Below, in pieces: positions 1-9,412 of a stretch of 54,110 bases of DNA. The stretch is from Oscillospiraceae bacterium (GTDB taxonomy: Bacteria > Bacillota > Clostridia > UMGS1883): positions 1 through 54,110 of the forward strand of contig SVJI01000001.1 of NCBI GenBank assembly GCA_015069065.1, given 5' to 3'. Under the pieces are notes generated by a model that saw nothing but the letters and a program-made list of their open reading frames with translations, had not been told where the DNA came from and made no database searches. Made by a program: the position numbers and the translations under genes. The first letter of the stretch is position 1; every line of letters begins with the position of its first letter.

Positions 1-325
1 ATACAAGAGGTGATGTTGCTGACAATCCGAAAACATCAAGCTTTTTAGTTTGAAGATTACTGCCTGTTTTATCTGAATTTGCCGCTATCTTTATTGCATC
101 TGTTCCTCCGTTATATCCCTCTGTCGACGCATAATATGTACCTGTCCAACCACCATCATTAAAAATTTCCGAATCAGAAGAAAATTTATTTGAATTGAAA
201 TGTGCTGATTCAAAATTTTCCACAAAGGTCTGTGCTTCAGGGATTGGTGCAGCAAAAACAGGGTTTACTGCGATTGTTGTTATCAGAAAGAATAATGCCA
301 TAAGAATTGAAATTGATTTTTTCAT
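1..325 (-). CDS. secreted protein, N-terminal fragment (gene runs off the left edge of the window)
   Basis: Absent from the ORF track because it is open at the window edge. ATG is the RC of 323-325, with AAAGGAA upstream. Translation MKKSISILMALFFLITTIAVNPVFAAPIPEAQTFVENFESAHFNSNKF... is a signal peptide followed by the same F-x-[DEN]-[DN]-F opening as the jelly-roll N-termini of the 708-, 957- and 1234-aa proteins here. Confidence 0.6.
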   Translation of the reverse strand, partial: MKKSISILMALFFLITTIAVNPVFAAPIPEAQTFVENFESAHFNSNKFSSDSEIFNDGGWTGTYYASTEGYNGGTDAIKIAANSDKTGSNLQTKKLDVFGLSATSPLV

Positions 326-363
326 ATAAATACATTCCTTTCTCTTTTTTTATTTTAATAAAT

Positions 364-1785
364 TTAATTACAATTAATTGCCGCATTAAGGGGCAGCCAT
401 GCATTTTCTTCAAGCATTGTGATAGTAACGCTGCTTGTGTCGGATATTGCTTGGTCAAAGCTGAATGTTGCCGTTAAATTCGCACCTACAGCTGCATTAG
501 TCAGTGTAACGATGTCTGCATCAATCATCTTCCCACCGTCGTACAAAATCCCCATGACTCTGCACGACATAGTTTCAATCGATTCAGAATCCGTAAGCTT
601 ATATGTGGCTGTAAGCTGTTTTTTATCCCCGCCTAGCTCTTTTCCGATGTATTCGGTTTGAAGAACATAGGGAGCGCACGTAGTAAAGCTGAAATCTTCA
701 CCGCTAAGACTTACCCCTGACATGTTTTTCGCCGTTGTAAGCTCAATCGTATACTCCGTGTTTTTGTCAAGAAGCTTTGTAAATATTATTTTCTTGCCAA
801 GAATTCCGCACGGCTCAACACGAAAGCCTGTAAATGAATCTCCGTTTTCATCCTTAATACTGATTGTTTCAGGATTCATTTCTTGCGTAAAGCTCAATGC
901 AATCGGCTTATTTCTTGATATGTCCGTTGCGTCGCTCTCAATACTTGCCTTTGTAAACTGCGGTGGCGTCTGTGCATTATAAACATTGATTTTCAAATTA
1001 TCCACATATGCTCTTATCAAGTTTGAGCTGTCTGCACCGTTCTGAAAAGCAAGCATTGTAAAATATTGCTTTGTTTTATCTGTATACGGGGCTAAATTCT
1101 TTGACACTGAAAGACAAACGTTGCCGTCTTCGTCTATAATTGCTCCCGTTCTCTTCGTTGCCGTCTGTGCAAGCTCTACTGTGTACCATTTATCCGTTTC
1201 GTAGTAAAACTTCCCCAAGCCGTCATAGGTTTCAAAATAGAATTTGTTTTCATCATCTTTTTTAAGATTAAAAATCTTGTCATCTTCAAGATTAACATGA
1301 TAGAAACAAATCTTAAAACACTTGTTATTATCGTAGGAATCTGACGGGTTAGCTCCGATACGCAAGTCATACGTAAATACTGCTGTCTTGTCTGTAACAA
1401 GGCTTCCGTTATCGTAAAAATCCTTAATACTTCTGGTTTTAAACCATCCGTACACGTTATTTGATGATTCCAGTCTGAGTCCGATAGAACCATCTCTTCC
1501 CTCCCCGGGGACAAGATACATATTGCTGTTATTGGCTGTTGCATCTCCAAGCAATACATCACTTACAAAGCTGTCTGTTCCCGAAGGTCTGTTGCTATAC
1601 GTAGGGTAGCCCTTAACCTGAGTTTCCTCTGTTACATTGGTATGCTCAAAGTCATCTGTTACAATGCCGTATCCGCCCAAGGTTGCTGCATCTGTGGTAT
1701 CTAAGCCATCAGCAAAAACACATTGGCACATGCAAAAAGTTAATGCCAGCACCATACATATTACAAGCACGTTTCTTTTACTCAT
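364..1785 (-). CDS. secreted jelly-roll (LamG-like) plus Ig-like domain protein, function unknown
   Basis: ATG at 1785 with AAGGAG upstream. Signal peptide MSKRNVLVICMVLALTFCMCQCVFA. The N-half ends in AYVDNLKINVY. An Ig-like middle follows (PIALSFTQEMNPETISIKDENG...EYTIELTTAKNMSG), then a C-terminal beta-sandwich-like module. No catalytic motif recognised. Confidence 0.6.
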   Translation of the reverse strand: MSKRNVLVICMVLALTFCMCQCVFADGLDTTDAATLGGYGIVTDDFEHTNVTEETQVKGYPTYSNRPSGTDSFVSDVLLGDATANNSNMYLVPGEGRDGSIGLRLESSNNVYGWFKTRSIKDFYDNGSLVTDKTAVFTYDLRIGANPSDSYDNNKCFKICFYHVNLEDDKIFNLKKDDENKFYFETYDGLGKFYYETDKWYTVELAQTATKRTGAIIDEDGNVCLSVSKNLAPYTDKTKQYFTMLAFQNGADSSNLIRAYVDNLKINVYNAQTPPQFTKASIESDATDISRNKPIALSFTQEMNPETISIKDENGDSFTGFRVEPCGILGKKIIFTKLLDKNTEYTIELTTAKNMSGVSLSGEDFSFTTCAPYVLQTEYIGKELGGDKKQLTATYKLTDSESIETMSCRVMGILYDGGKMIDADIVTLTNAAVGANLTATFSFDQAISDTSSVTITMLEENAWLPLNAAINCN

Positions 1786-1818
1786 TTTTTCTCATCTCCT
1801 TTTCTTTAAATTTCAGCT

Positions 1819-4551
1819 TTAATACTGATATACAAAATATTCCATTGTCCTTCCTTCGTGGTAGTCACGCAGAAATACCTTCGCATTTTCTCCTGTGTAA
1901 TTGCTGGGTACACTGTAAAAATCAACTACATTGACCTCTTTTGTTTTCACGTCATACACTACAACGCCTTCGTTGGTAAGAGGGTTAAATACAAATGTTT
2001 CCGCTGTTGGATTTACAGCAGTATTATCGTAGCTGTATCTGAAAAGGTCTGCGTTTGCCCTTTCAAGATGTGCAAACAGCATATGCGTTCCGCTCGTACC
2101 TGTGATTTGCTGTACACTATTTTTCAAATCGTTAAATGTAAATATTCTTTCGATATAATTGATATTTTGATTTGCGTCTAAGGTAAATCTTACAACGTCA
2201 CCGCCCTTTAATATGTTTGCCATATTATCGGCATCCTGTCGGTACACATCGACACATTCTGTATCACTTCTGCCTCCGCCGTCTCCGGTCAGAACCCAGC
2301 TTTCGTTGACACTTTTAACGGAATAAAAGCTAAGAATATCGGTTGAAACAGTTTTATAGCTCACCTTTCCTTTATGGTCGGCAAGCACGATTTCATATCC
2401 CCAGTTTCCGTCTTTATCCATGGTATTTATAACCTTTTCAACCATATATGAATATTTGTTGTAATACAGCGACTTTTTCTTTTCCACTGCGGTGTCTACT
2501 ATTTCATTTTCATCATAGCCTTCCCACACTGCCGCACAGTCAGCCACACCGATTTCATCGGCATCATAAAGTGCCATATAATACTCAGCCGAGCCGCTTA
2601 TATCCTTTGGTGATAAAATAGAGAAATAATAATCATCGGGGTTACTCATTCCGAGACCTGCCGAGTCAACAAAAATAACGCAGTCATTACTTATCCCGAT
2701 TTTTTTATTTACCACATTACTTCTTAATACGTATTTGGAAAGTCCCTGTGAATACGGGTCAAATTCCAATGATTCTCTAAGAGAAGAATCATATTCTGCT
2801 GATGATTTTTGAAGAGTATCAATCTTTTTAATAACTCCCTCATCGTTGAGCTTGAATTTTATTACCTGTCTCTTTGAAAAGTCAACATTTTCGCCTGTTC
2901 CCACATTGTAGGTCAGTGCCTTATCCTCAAAGCCCTTTCCGTCAACGAAGAATTTTTTATCCACAGTATATACATCAATTTTTCCGCTTGAATCCATAAT
3001 CTTCATATAAAGCGTCTTTTTGAGTGCAGTGCCGTCAAGTGCCGCTCTAATCAGATATCCGTACTCGTAGCTGTTTTTTGTTTTATCAATTTCAAAATCA
3101 GCAATATTTCCGTATGCATCCATATAAGCAATAATGTAATCACCGGGATTAATTCTGTCTCTGCTGCCGCCGGATATCAGCTTTGTCAATGATTGTGAGA
3201 GCTTATACTCAATATCATCAATATAAACCGTATCACTTCCTTCGCAAGCTTCAATCATTCCGTTCATTTTTGAATTTGAAACAAGAATTTTTACATGCTT
3301 TGCATTATCATAGTCAAAAACAATTTCTCCGTTTGTGAAGCTGTATGCATCACAAACTACGCTGATGATGTTTCCGGGTTTGATATCTTCAAAGCTTCCC
3401 GTCTTGCCGTTAATATAAATTTCCAGATTCTTTTTAACCTTTTCAAGCTTAACAGCATCGTTTCCGATTTCGGGGCGGATTGTATAATTAAGCGATGATA
3501 TGCCCGACACCTTTAATGTCTTAACAATATCCATATGCACAACATCATATGTTCCGCTGTTTTTTGAATCAACCAATGTCACACTTCCGTTTTTGAGCTT
3601 ATCAAATAACGCTTTTGAAGGTGAAGATGCCTTATTATTTACTATCGCCAAAGCAGATTTATTTATTGTTGCCTTCTCATTGTCATCGTATTTGAGAACA
3701 AGAGTTGACCCGTTGTCGGTTACCGAATCAATTTCTGATGCACTGAGAGTAAGCGATTTAACCTTGTGATTGGGTGAAACGCTTACCACAATGTCATCCT
3801 TAATGTAGTATGTAACGCTGATTCCGATAAGGTCGTTACCAATCTCTATATTACTCCTATAAACCTCGCCGCCGATATTTACATGATTTGCAGAGGTTAA
3901 TTCCACACCGGCAGCGTAATGGCTGTTAGCTAAAACCGTACCGTTTTTTTCGATAACGCCCAATCTGTCGTGTAGAGTTTCAATATAGTCCTCTGAAATG
4001 AATTCGGGTTGTGCAAGACGCATCTGCATTGCATTGCAAACGAGTGTATAAAACTCGTCATAGGACAATTTTTCTCTGTTTAAAACAGAGCACCCCTTTA
4101 AAAGTCCGACTTTATTCGCCATTCCATATAGGGTTAAATCATCTCTGTCTTTAATGATTTGCTCATATCCGAGTATTTTCATTAAAGCATAAATGCTGTC
4201 GGCATAGCTTATAGCTTCTTTAGGATTAAAGCTTCCACTTTCATCCATTGTAAGATACCCGTAGGACAAGCAATAATTAATTTCATTCTTATACTGACTC
4301 TTACTTATGTCATTTGCCAAATCCACAACCTCAGGGGCATAGGTTATTCCCTGAATTTTTAAAAGGATATCTGCCACCTGTTCTCTGTTAAGCACAGGCT
4401 TTATCAGCCCGCTTGTTCTTTTCGGGGGTAGAATGCCTAAATTAATATACAACTGCTCGGTATGCTCATTAGAAGCCAAAACGGATACTGTACTTATAAA
4501 TGAGGACATAAGCACTAATATTAGTGCCAGTGCAATTATTCTTTTTTTCAT
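1819..4551 (-). CDS. large secreted protein with degenerate SLH-like N-terminal repeats; paralogue of 33843..36455
   Basis: ATG at 4551 with GGAGGTG upstream. Signal peptide MKKRIIALALILVLMSSFISTVSVLA. N-terminal segments resemble SLH second halves (NREQVADILLKIQGI; FNPKEAISYADSIYALMKILGY). Length, order and block similarity match the 870-aa protein of locus 2. Confidence 0.55.
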   Translation of the reverse strand: MKKRIIALALILVLMSSFISTVSVLASNEHTEQLYINLGILPPKRTSGLIKPVLNREQVADILLKIQGITYAPEVVDLANDISKSQYKNEINYCLSYGYLTMDESGSFNPKEAISYADSIYALMKILGYEQIIKDRDDLTLYGMANKVGLLKGCSVLNREKLSYDEFYTLVCNAMQMRLAQPEFISEDYIETLHDRLGVIEKNGTVLANSHYAAGVELTSANHVNIGGEVYRSNIEIGNDLIGISVTYYIKDDIVVSVSPNHKVKSLTLSASEIDSVTDNGSTLVLKYDDNEKATINKSALAIVNNKASSPSKALFDKLKNGSVTLVDSKNSGTYDVVHMDIVKTLKVSGISSLNYTIRPEIGNDAVKLEKVKKNLEIYINGKTGSFEDIKPGNIISVVCDAYSFTNGEIVFDYDNAKHVKILVSNSKMNGMIEACEGSDTVYIDDIEYKLSQSLTKLISGGSRDRINPGDYIIAYMDAYGNIADFEIDKTKNSYEYGYLIRAALDGTALKKTLYMKIMDSSGKIDVYTVDKKFFVDGKGFEDKALTYNVGTGENVDFSKRQVIKFKLNDEGVIKKIDTLQKSSAEYDSSLRESLEFDPYSQGLSKYVLRSNVVNKKIGISNDCVIFVDSAGLGMSNPDDYYFSILSPKDISGSAEYYMALYDADEIGVADCAAVWEGYDENEIVDTAVEKKKSLYYNKYSYMVEKVINTMDKDGNWGYEIVLADHKGKVSYKTVSTDILSFYSVKSVNESWVLTGDGGGRSDTECVDVYRQDADNMANILKGGDVVRFTLDANQNINYIERIFTFNDLKNSVQQITGTSGTHMLFAHLERANADLFRYSYDNTAVNPTAETFVFNPLTNEGVVVYDVKTKEVNVVDFYSVPSNYTGENAKVFLRDYHEGRTMEYFVYQY

Positions 4552-4570
4552 GTTACACCTCCGTTATGTA

Positions 4571-6373
4571 TTACTGAGCCATTACTGCTAAAAGCCTGCT
4601 GACAAGGGCACAGGTTTCCGCTCTTGAAAGCTCTGTTTTAGGATTGAAACGATTTTCGTTATCCCCGACAAAAAGTCCGCATTCCGAAGCCTTTAAAACA
4701 GATTCTCTCGCATATTCGGAAATGTCTGCGTTATCGCCAAACTCTGTAGCTTTTTCTTCATCACCCGTTATATTTTTACCTTCAAGAAGTCTTGAAATAA
4801 TAACGGCTGCGTCTTCTCGTTTAAGATTATTAAGTCCGAATTCGCTTTCACTCGTTCCGCTTATAATTCCGTTTTCCACCGCTGTAACAACGTAAGGCTC
4901 ATAATAGCTACCCTTTTCAACGTCTGTAAAGTTGCTTTCCTTATTACTAAGCTCAAGCTCCATTGCACTTACAATAATTTTCACAAAATCCTGTCTGCTT
5001 ATTTTTGTGTCAGGAGAAAACATACTTTCCGAAATTCCTGAAACAATGTTATTTTTGTACATCTGCGAAATGTACTCGTTAGCCCAGTGATTTTGCGCCA
5101 CATCTGAAAACGGGTGCTTTTTATTTTCAGTTTCCGTTACAATAGGAGTTGTCTGGATAACAGGACCCATATCTGCGTTTGGAGGCAATTTTACGTTGGC
5201 ACCACCGCCACCTCCTCCGCTACCACCGGAGGAGCCTGTGTCTGTCGTATTATCTTTTTCCTTTTCTTTAATTGCATGCTCTATTGCATTTTCAAACAAA
5301 CTGTTAATATCGCTTACGCTCTGCGAATTCTGATTGTAGTCTAACACATAGTTATATGCCGCAATAAGGTAGTAGGAATTAAGGCCTGAATTAGTGCATA
5401 TATTGTTTGCCTCTGCAAAATACAATGTGTATTTTGCATTGTCCTTAAGGGCAATAAGTGTATCTCTGTCAGCTACCTCACGAAAGATTGCAACAGCAGT
5501 ATTTTCAAGGAAATCTGCAAGCATCTTTGCCTTATCGCTATACTTTCCGCCTTTAACCTTTCCAAGAACGTTTGATTGCTCCTCAAAAGACAGGATAAAC
5601 AAATCATCATTTGCAGCAAGGGGCATATTCCATACATCATTGTTGTATTTTTTGAGAACTGCAAGAGTATCTGCCTGTTCCCTTAGTTCTATCCATGCAA
5701 CTGCCTGATTAAAGCTCTTAATAAGTAATTCAGGTGTGAATCCGCCCTCAGGCTTTAATGAATACAAAATTGTCGCAAAATCAGTCTTTGCATTCAATGC
5801 GGAATACCCTGCTGTATTTGCAGATATTCTTCTTAAAATATCGCTGCCTGCTATATCTGCGTCAATTATCCCCGGATATGCTGTAGCTGTTGTTTCATTA
5901 TTATTAAATAGTGCTACAAGTCGGTTTACGTCATCTTTCCCCACATGCTCAAAAGAGCCTATATTTATCAGATTTTCACCACCGTTATATCCGATAAGCA
6001 CATTTGCAAATCCTGTAGGAAAAGAATCTTTAAGGTAAAATTCCATTTCCACATATCCGCTTTGCGAAACAGCGAAGGTACTGGTATAGTCAACCATACT
6101 TAAAAATTGACTTGTATTTGATGCCGACTGTACTCTCTGCACTGTTACATCTTCCTTAGGTTCTGTTGCCCCCTCTAAAATCTGCGGAGCTACAAGAATT
6201 GATACAGGAGTTCCTTCAGGCAGGTTAAAAGTCCCTTTAAACTGAATATATCCATTAGTATCTTTAATCCAGTCAGCAGGTTTTGTAAATATTTCTGCCG
6301 CATTTGCTGATATACATACCAAAGAAATTAAAAATATCAGCATCATGGCAAATATATGTTTTTTCTTTAACAC
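4571..6373 (-). CDS. SLH-anchored surface protein (helical region, Gly/Ser linker, 3 SLH repeats)
   Basis: GTG start at 6373, 7 nt after GGGGGAG. Signal peptide MLKKKHIFAMMLIFLISLVCISANA. Linker GSSGGSGGGGGG. Three C-terminal SLH repeats: FSDVAQNHWANEYISQMYKNNIVSG, FTDVEKGSYYEPYVVTAVENGIISG and FGDNADISEYARESVLKASECGLFVG. Confidence 0.8.
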   Translation of the reverse strand: MLKKKHIFAMMLIFLISLVCISANAAEIFTKPADWIKDTNGYIQFKGTFNLPEGTPVSILVAPQILEGATEPKEDVTVQRVQSASNTSQFLSMVDYTSTFAVSQSGYVEMEFYLKDSFPTGFANVLIGYNGGENLINIGSFEHVGKDDVNRLVALFNNNETTATAYPGIIDADIAGSDILRRISANTAGYSALNAKTDFATILYSLKPEGGFTPELLIKSFNQAVAWIELREQADTLAVLKKYNNDVWNMPLAANDDLFILSFEEQSNVLGKVKGGKYSDKAKMLADFLENTAVAIFREVADRDTLIALKDNAKYTLYFAEANNICTNSGLNSYYLIAAYNYVLDYNQNSQSVSDINSLFENAIEHAIKEKEKDNTTDTGSSGGSGGGGGGANVKLPPNADMGPVIQTTPIVTETENKKHPFSDVAQNHWANEYISQMYKNNIVSGISESMFSPDTKISRQDFVKIIVSAMELELSNKESNFTDVEKGSYYEPYVVTAVENGIISGTSESEFGLNNLKREDAAVIISRLLEGKNITGDEEKATEFGDNADISEYARESVLKASECGLFVGDNENRFNPKTELSRAETCALVSRLLAVMAQ

Positions 6374-6377
6374 CTGA

Positions 6378-9300
6378 TTACTCCCCCTTTTCTTCCAAAT
6401 TTACACGGGATAACAAATATGTTTTTTCTGACGAGAATCTGCCGTCCTCTGAAACCACCTTAATATTAATCTTATCTGTTCCCTCTATATTTACAGTTGT
6501 GCAGTTTTGTGTTTCTTGTCCGTTGATATAAATTTTTGCATAGTCGCTCGCTGTTATATTACAGTCAATGGTTTTTGCCCCATCATCAATATTAATAACA
6601 GGATTTTCAGCATCAAAATCTGTTACGATGTATGAACGCTTGCCATTTGAAACTCCAACACGAGTAAGCTCGCAATGAGATGAGAGGTAATCCTCCTGCT
6701 CATATTCAAAAATGTCTACCTCGTATCCGTCTAAATCAATCTTGAACCATCCGCTTGCGTCGGCAGTATACTCTGTACCTGTATACATTCCCTTAATTTT
6801 TTTAACTCCATCAAGATAAACTCTGCACGACCTTGCACTGTTTTCATTATTTATCGTGAACAGATACGATTTGCCCTCGTGGCGTCTTGACATATGGTTA
6901 AGCCATTCCCCGCCGCCCTTTACCTCATAATAAGGTGCGGGAAGTCTTGAAAGAATTACAGGCTCCATATATTCAATCTCTCTGAATACGAGGAATTGTC
7001 CTTCCCAGATTTCCTCAGGTGTCTGCTCGTTCCACGGACGTATATACGGGTCTGTCAGTGCATAGCTATCAAGCATTGTCGTACCTGCACAAACAGCTTG
7101 CCAAGCCATATTACGATACTCCTGCTCCGTAGGTCCACGAAGGTCCCCCCTCTCTTTAAACCAGAAAGCCTGAAGTATTGTATTTATTGGCTTATTCGGA
7201 CAAATCGTTTTAACTGTTTCCACTCGCTTTGTAACCTCAGACAATTTCATATCGTCCTTACCGGTATCTACATACGGGTCGCATCCGATAATGTCAATCG
7301 TTTTTGCATATACACCAGGTCTACCCTCAAACAAGGTGTCTGCTGCACCAAGTGTGGGATGGTTAATGTCTGCTGCTGACATTATATCGTTCTGCCATCT
7401 TAACTCCTCCCCATAACGCACAGGGTTTTGTTCGTCCCAGTTATAATAACCAAATAATATGGGGTCGTCTTTATAATTTTCACAGAACAGCTCTATCAGC
7501 TTTCGGATATCAGTTTGTTTTTCTACAACATCAGGTACAATACCTGAATACATATTACTGTAGGCAAAGCCTGCCATTCCCAATATCCCCTGCAAATTCA
7601 AATCACTCATTCTTTTTTCAAGTGCATGTACTCTGGGATTCTGATATTGCAGGTAAAACGTAGTTCCTATTGATGTTACATCAAGAAAGTCCGTTCCCTC
7701 AAGTGCATCAAGTGCTTTTTCATACGTAAAGTCACCTGAAGCCCAATAATACGCCTTAAGGGGAAATGAGGGCTTCCCGTCTATTACAATACGGTTATAT
7801 TCGTCGATATAAAAGTCAGGTCTATAATCCTCAGCTCTTTTTCTTAACGTCCATTCCTGTTTTTGCAGCTGCTCGCCACTTTCTTTGGACGTCAGCGTAG
7901 ACACAAGATAGTAATCCCCCTCCGTCGGCAAAATGTTTGACGAAAAGCTTACTTCTATTACATCTGTGATATTTTCGTGTTTGCTTTCTGCGTAAACCTT
8001 TCCGTCTGCATCTTCAATGATGCTGCTGAAAATAAAATCATCTACGTTATAATAGCCGTTATATGTATTCATATATGCACGCAAATTAATATCACTTATT
8101 CCGTCACCATAAATAAGCCCTTTATAATTTGGTGTTATAAGCACAGTATCCATTGGGTCAAAAATTACCTTTGTCAGCTTAAAATCATCAAAATATGCAA
8201 CTGTGCCTGCCGCTGCATCCTTTCTCATATAACCGCCAAAACGCAAGGTATAGAACGGCTCTTCGCCATCAAGACTGTTTGCAACCTCGGGCACCATCAG
8301 GAGACATGTTTTTTCAAACCATTCATCACTTTGTACAGATGCGGCATTTTTACCTGAATCTGATGCATCAAGCCATTTTCCGTTGCTGTCATATACCTCC
8401 ATAAACAGACGCTCTGTGGCATCCATTGCAGGATTCTCTGTCTTTACCTTACAGGTTGCAACATACCAGTCCCCTGGCTTTGCATTGTTATCGTGAATAT
8501 AAAGTTGCAACTGCGAACGAGCATCTGCACTTTGTTCAACCTTAAGGCATGCAGAGCCGTCAACACCGCCATTTTCTTCTATTGACCATGTTCCGGGGCA
8601 CCATCCCTCTTCAAAATCTCCATATGTGCCGTCGTTAAACTCACAGGTACCTATTTCCATTTTGGGATAGTTATCTACACTGAACGGTGGGGGCATCTGC
8701 TCTGTCAATCTGTCGTTTACAACAGTTCTGTCAATGTTGTACCATTGCTCTACATCCCATTTTTTATCTGCTTGTGCAAGCACGCCCTGTAGCATCACGC
8801 AAACCTCTGCACGTGTTGCCTCTTTTTGTGGATTGAATGCTTCATTTTTCTTTGCCTTGAGCACACCTCTTTTTAAAAGAGCCTCAACCGCTTCTTTCGC
8901 ATAGTCCGAAACATCACTCATATCAGAGTAGGGCGTATATTCCCCTTCTTCGCTGTTTATCGGTTTCTTAATATCAGATAATCTGTATACCGCCAGTGCA
9001 CAGTCCTGCTTTGTAACATTTGTTCCGACACCGAACTGATTTTCAGAAACACCTTTAAAGAGCCCTGCCTCTTTTGTTGCTTCAACATATTGTTCATACC
9101 AACTGCCCGAAACAACGTCGGAAAAGCTGCCCGTATTTTCTCCCTTTTCTACGCCTAATCCAAGTGCAAGCACCTTTGCAAATTCTTCTCTTTTAATCTT
9201 ATCTTCAGGTGCAAACACTGTTGCACTTTTACCATTTATAATTCCGTCATTATACAATATACTGATTTCATTGTACGCATAGTGTGATTCAGGCACATCA

Positions 9301-9389
9301 TTAAATGGATTGTATTTTTCCGCTTTTATTGATGTAGAATACGAAAAGCTTATAATAATACCTAAGGCTAAGCTAAGTATTTTCTTCAT
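6378..9389 (-). CDS. SLH-anchored putative glycoside hydrolase (3 SLH, CBM4/9-like, TIM-barrel-like, Ig-like C-terminus)
   Basis: Signal peptide MKKILSLALGIIISFSYSTSIKA. N-terminal SLH repeats (FNDVPESHYAYNEISILYNDGIINGK; FSDVVSGSWYEQYVEATKEAGLFKG; YSDMSDVSDYAKEAVEALLKRGVLK). CBM4/9-like block (GDFEEGWCPGTWSIEENGGVDGSACLKVEQS...). Central ~400 aa has alternating beta/alpha character and YNWDEQNP, which resembles the clan GH-A acid/base strand. The GH family could not be assigned by eye. Confidence 0.55.
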   Translation of the reverse strand: MKKILSLALGIIISFSYSTSIKAEKYNPFNDVPESHYAYNEISILYNDGIINGKSATVFAPEDKIKREEFAKVLALGLGVEKGENTGSFSDVVSGSWYEQYVEATKEAGLFKGVSENQFGVGTNVTKQDCALAVYRLSDIKKPINSEEGEYTPYSDMSDVSDYAKEAVEALLKRGVLKAKKNEAFNPQKEATRAEVCVMLQGVLAQADKKWDVEQWYNIDRTVVNDRLTEQMPPPFSVDNYPKMEIGTCEFNDGTYGDFEEGWCPGTWSIEENGGVDGSACLKVEQSADARSQLQLYIHDNNAKPGDWYVATCKVKTENPAMDATERLFMEVYDSNGKWLDASDSGKNAASVQSDEWFEKTCLLMVPEVANSLDGEEPFYTLRFGGYMRKDAAAGTVAYFDDFKLTKVIFDPMDTVLITPNYKGLIYGDGISDINLRAYMNTYNGYYNVDDFIFSSIIEDADGKVYAESKHENITDVIEVSFSSNILPTEGDYYLVSTLTSKESGEQLQKQEWTLRKRAEDYRPDFYIDEYNRIVIDGKPSFPLKAYYWASGDFTYEKALDALEGTDFLDVTSIGTTFYLQYQNPRVHALEKRMSDLNLQGILGMAGFAYSNMYSGIVPDVVEKQTDIRKLIELFCENYKDDPILFGYYNWDEQNPVRYGEELRWQNDIMSAADINHPTLGAADTLFEGRPGVYAKTIDIIGCDPYVDTGKDDMKLSEVTKRVETVKTICPNKPINTILQAFWFKERGDLRGPTEQEYRNMAWQAVCAGTTMLDSYALTDPYIRPWNEQTPEEIWEGQFLVFREIEYMEPVILSRLPAPYYEVKGGGEWLNHMSRRHEGKSYLFTINNENSARSCRVYLDGVKKIKGMYTGTEYTADASGWFKIDLDGYEVDIFEYEQEDYLSSHCELTRVGVSNGKRSYIVTDFDAENPVINIDDGAKTIDCNITASDYAKIYINGQETQNCTTVNIEGTDKINIKVVSEDGRFSSEKTYLLSRVNLEEKGE

Positions 9390-9412
9390 TTAACTACCTT
9401 ACCTTTCGTCTA

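Noticed and set aside
237-458. ORF-track 73-aa minus-strand ORF spanning the gap between the first two genes
   Set aside because: It overlaps the end of the 473-aa gene and the start of the well-supported edge gene (ATG 325, signal peptide) in another frame. It has no SD and an implausible composition.
5195-5245. GC-rich islands (here and at about 40783-40835) in otherwise AT-rich DNA, considered as repeats or foreign inserts
   Set aside because: They are in frame and encode the Gly/Ser linkers (GSSGGSGGGGGG; PGGGGGNGGGGSSGGGG) that precede the SLH anchors. They reflect codon composition, not a separate element.
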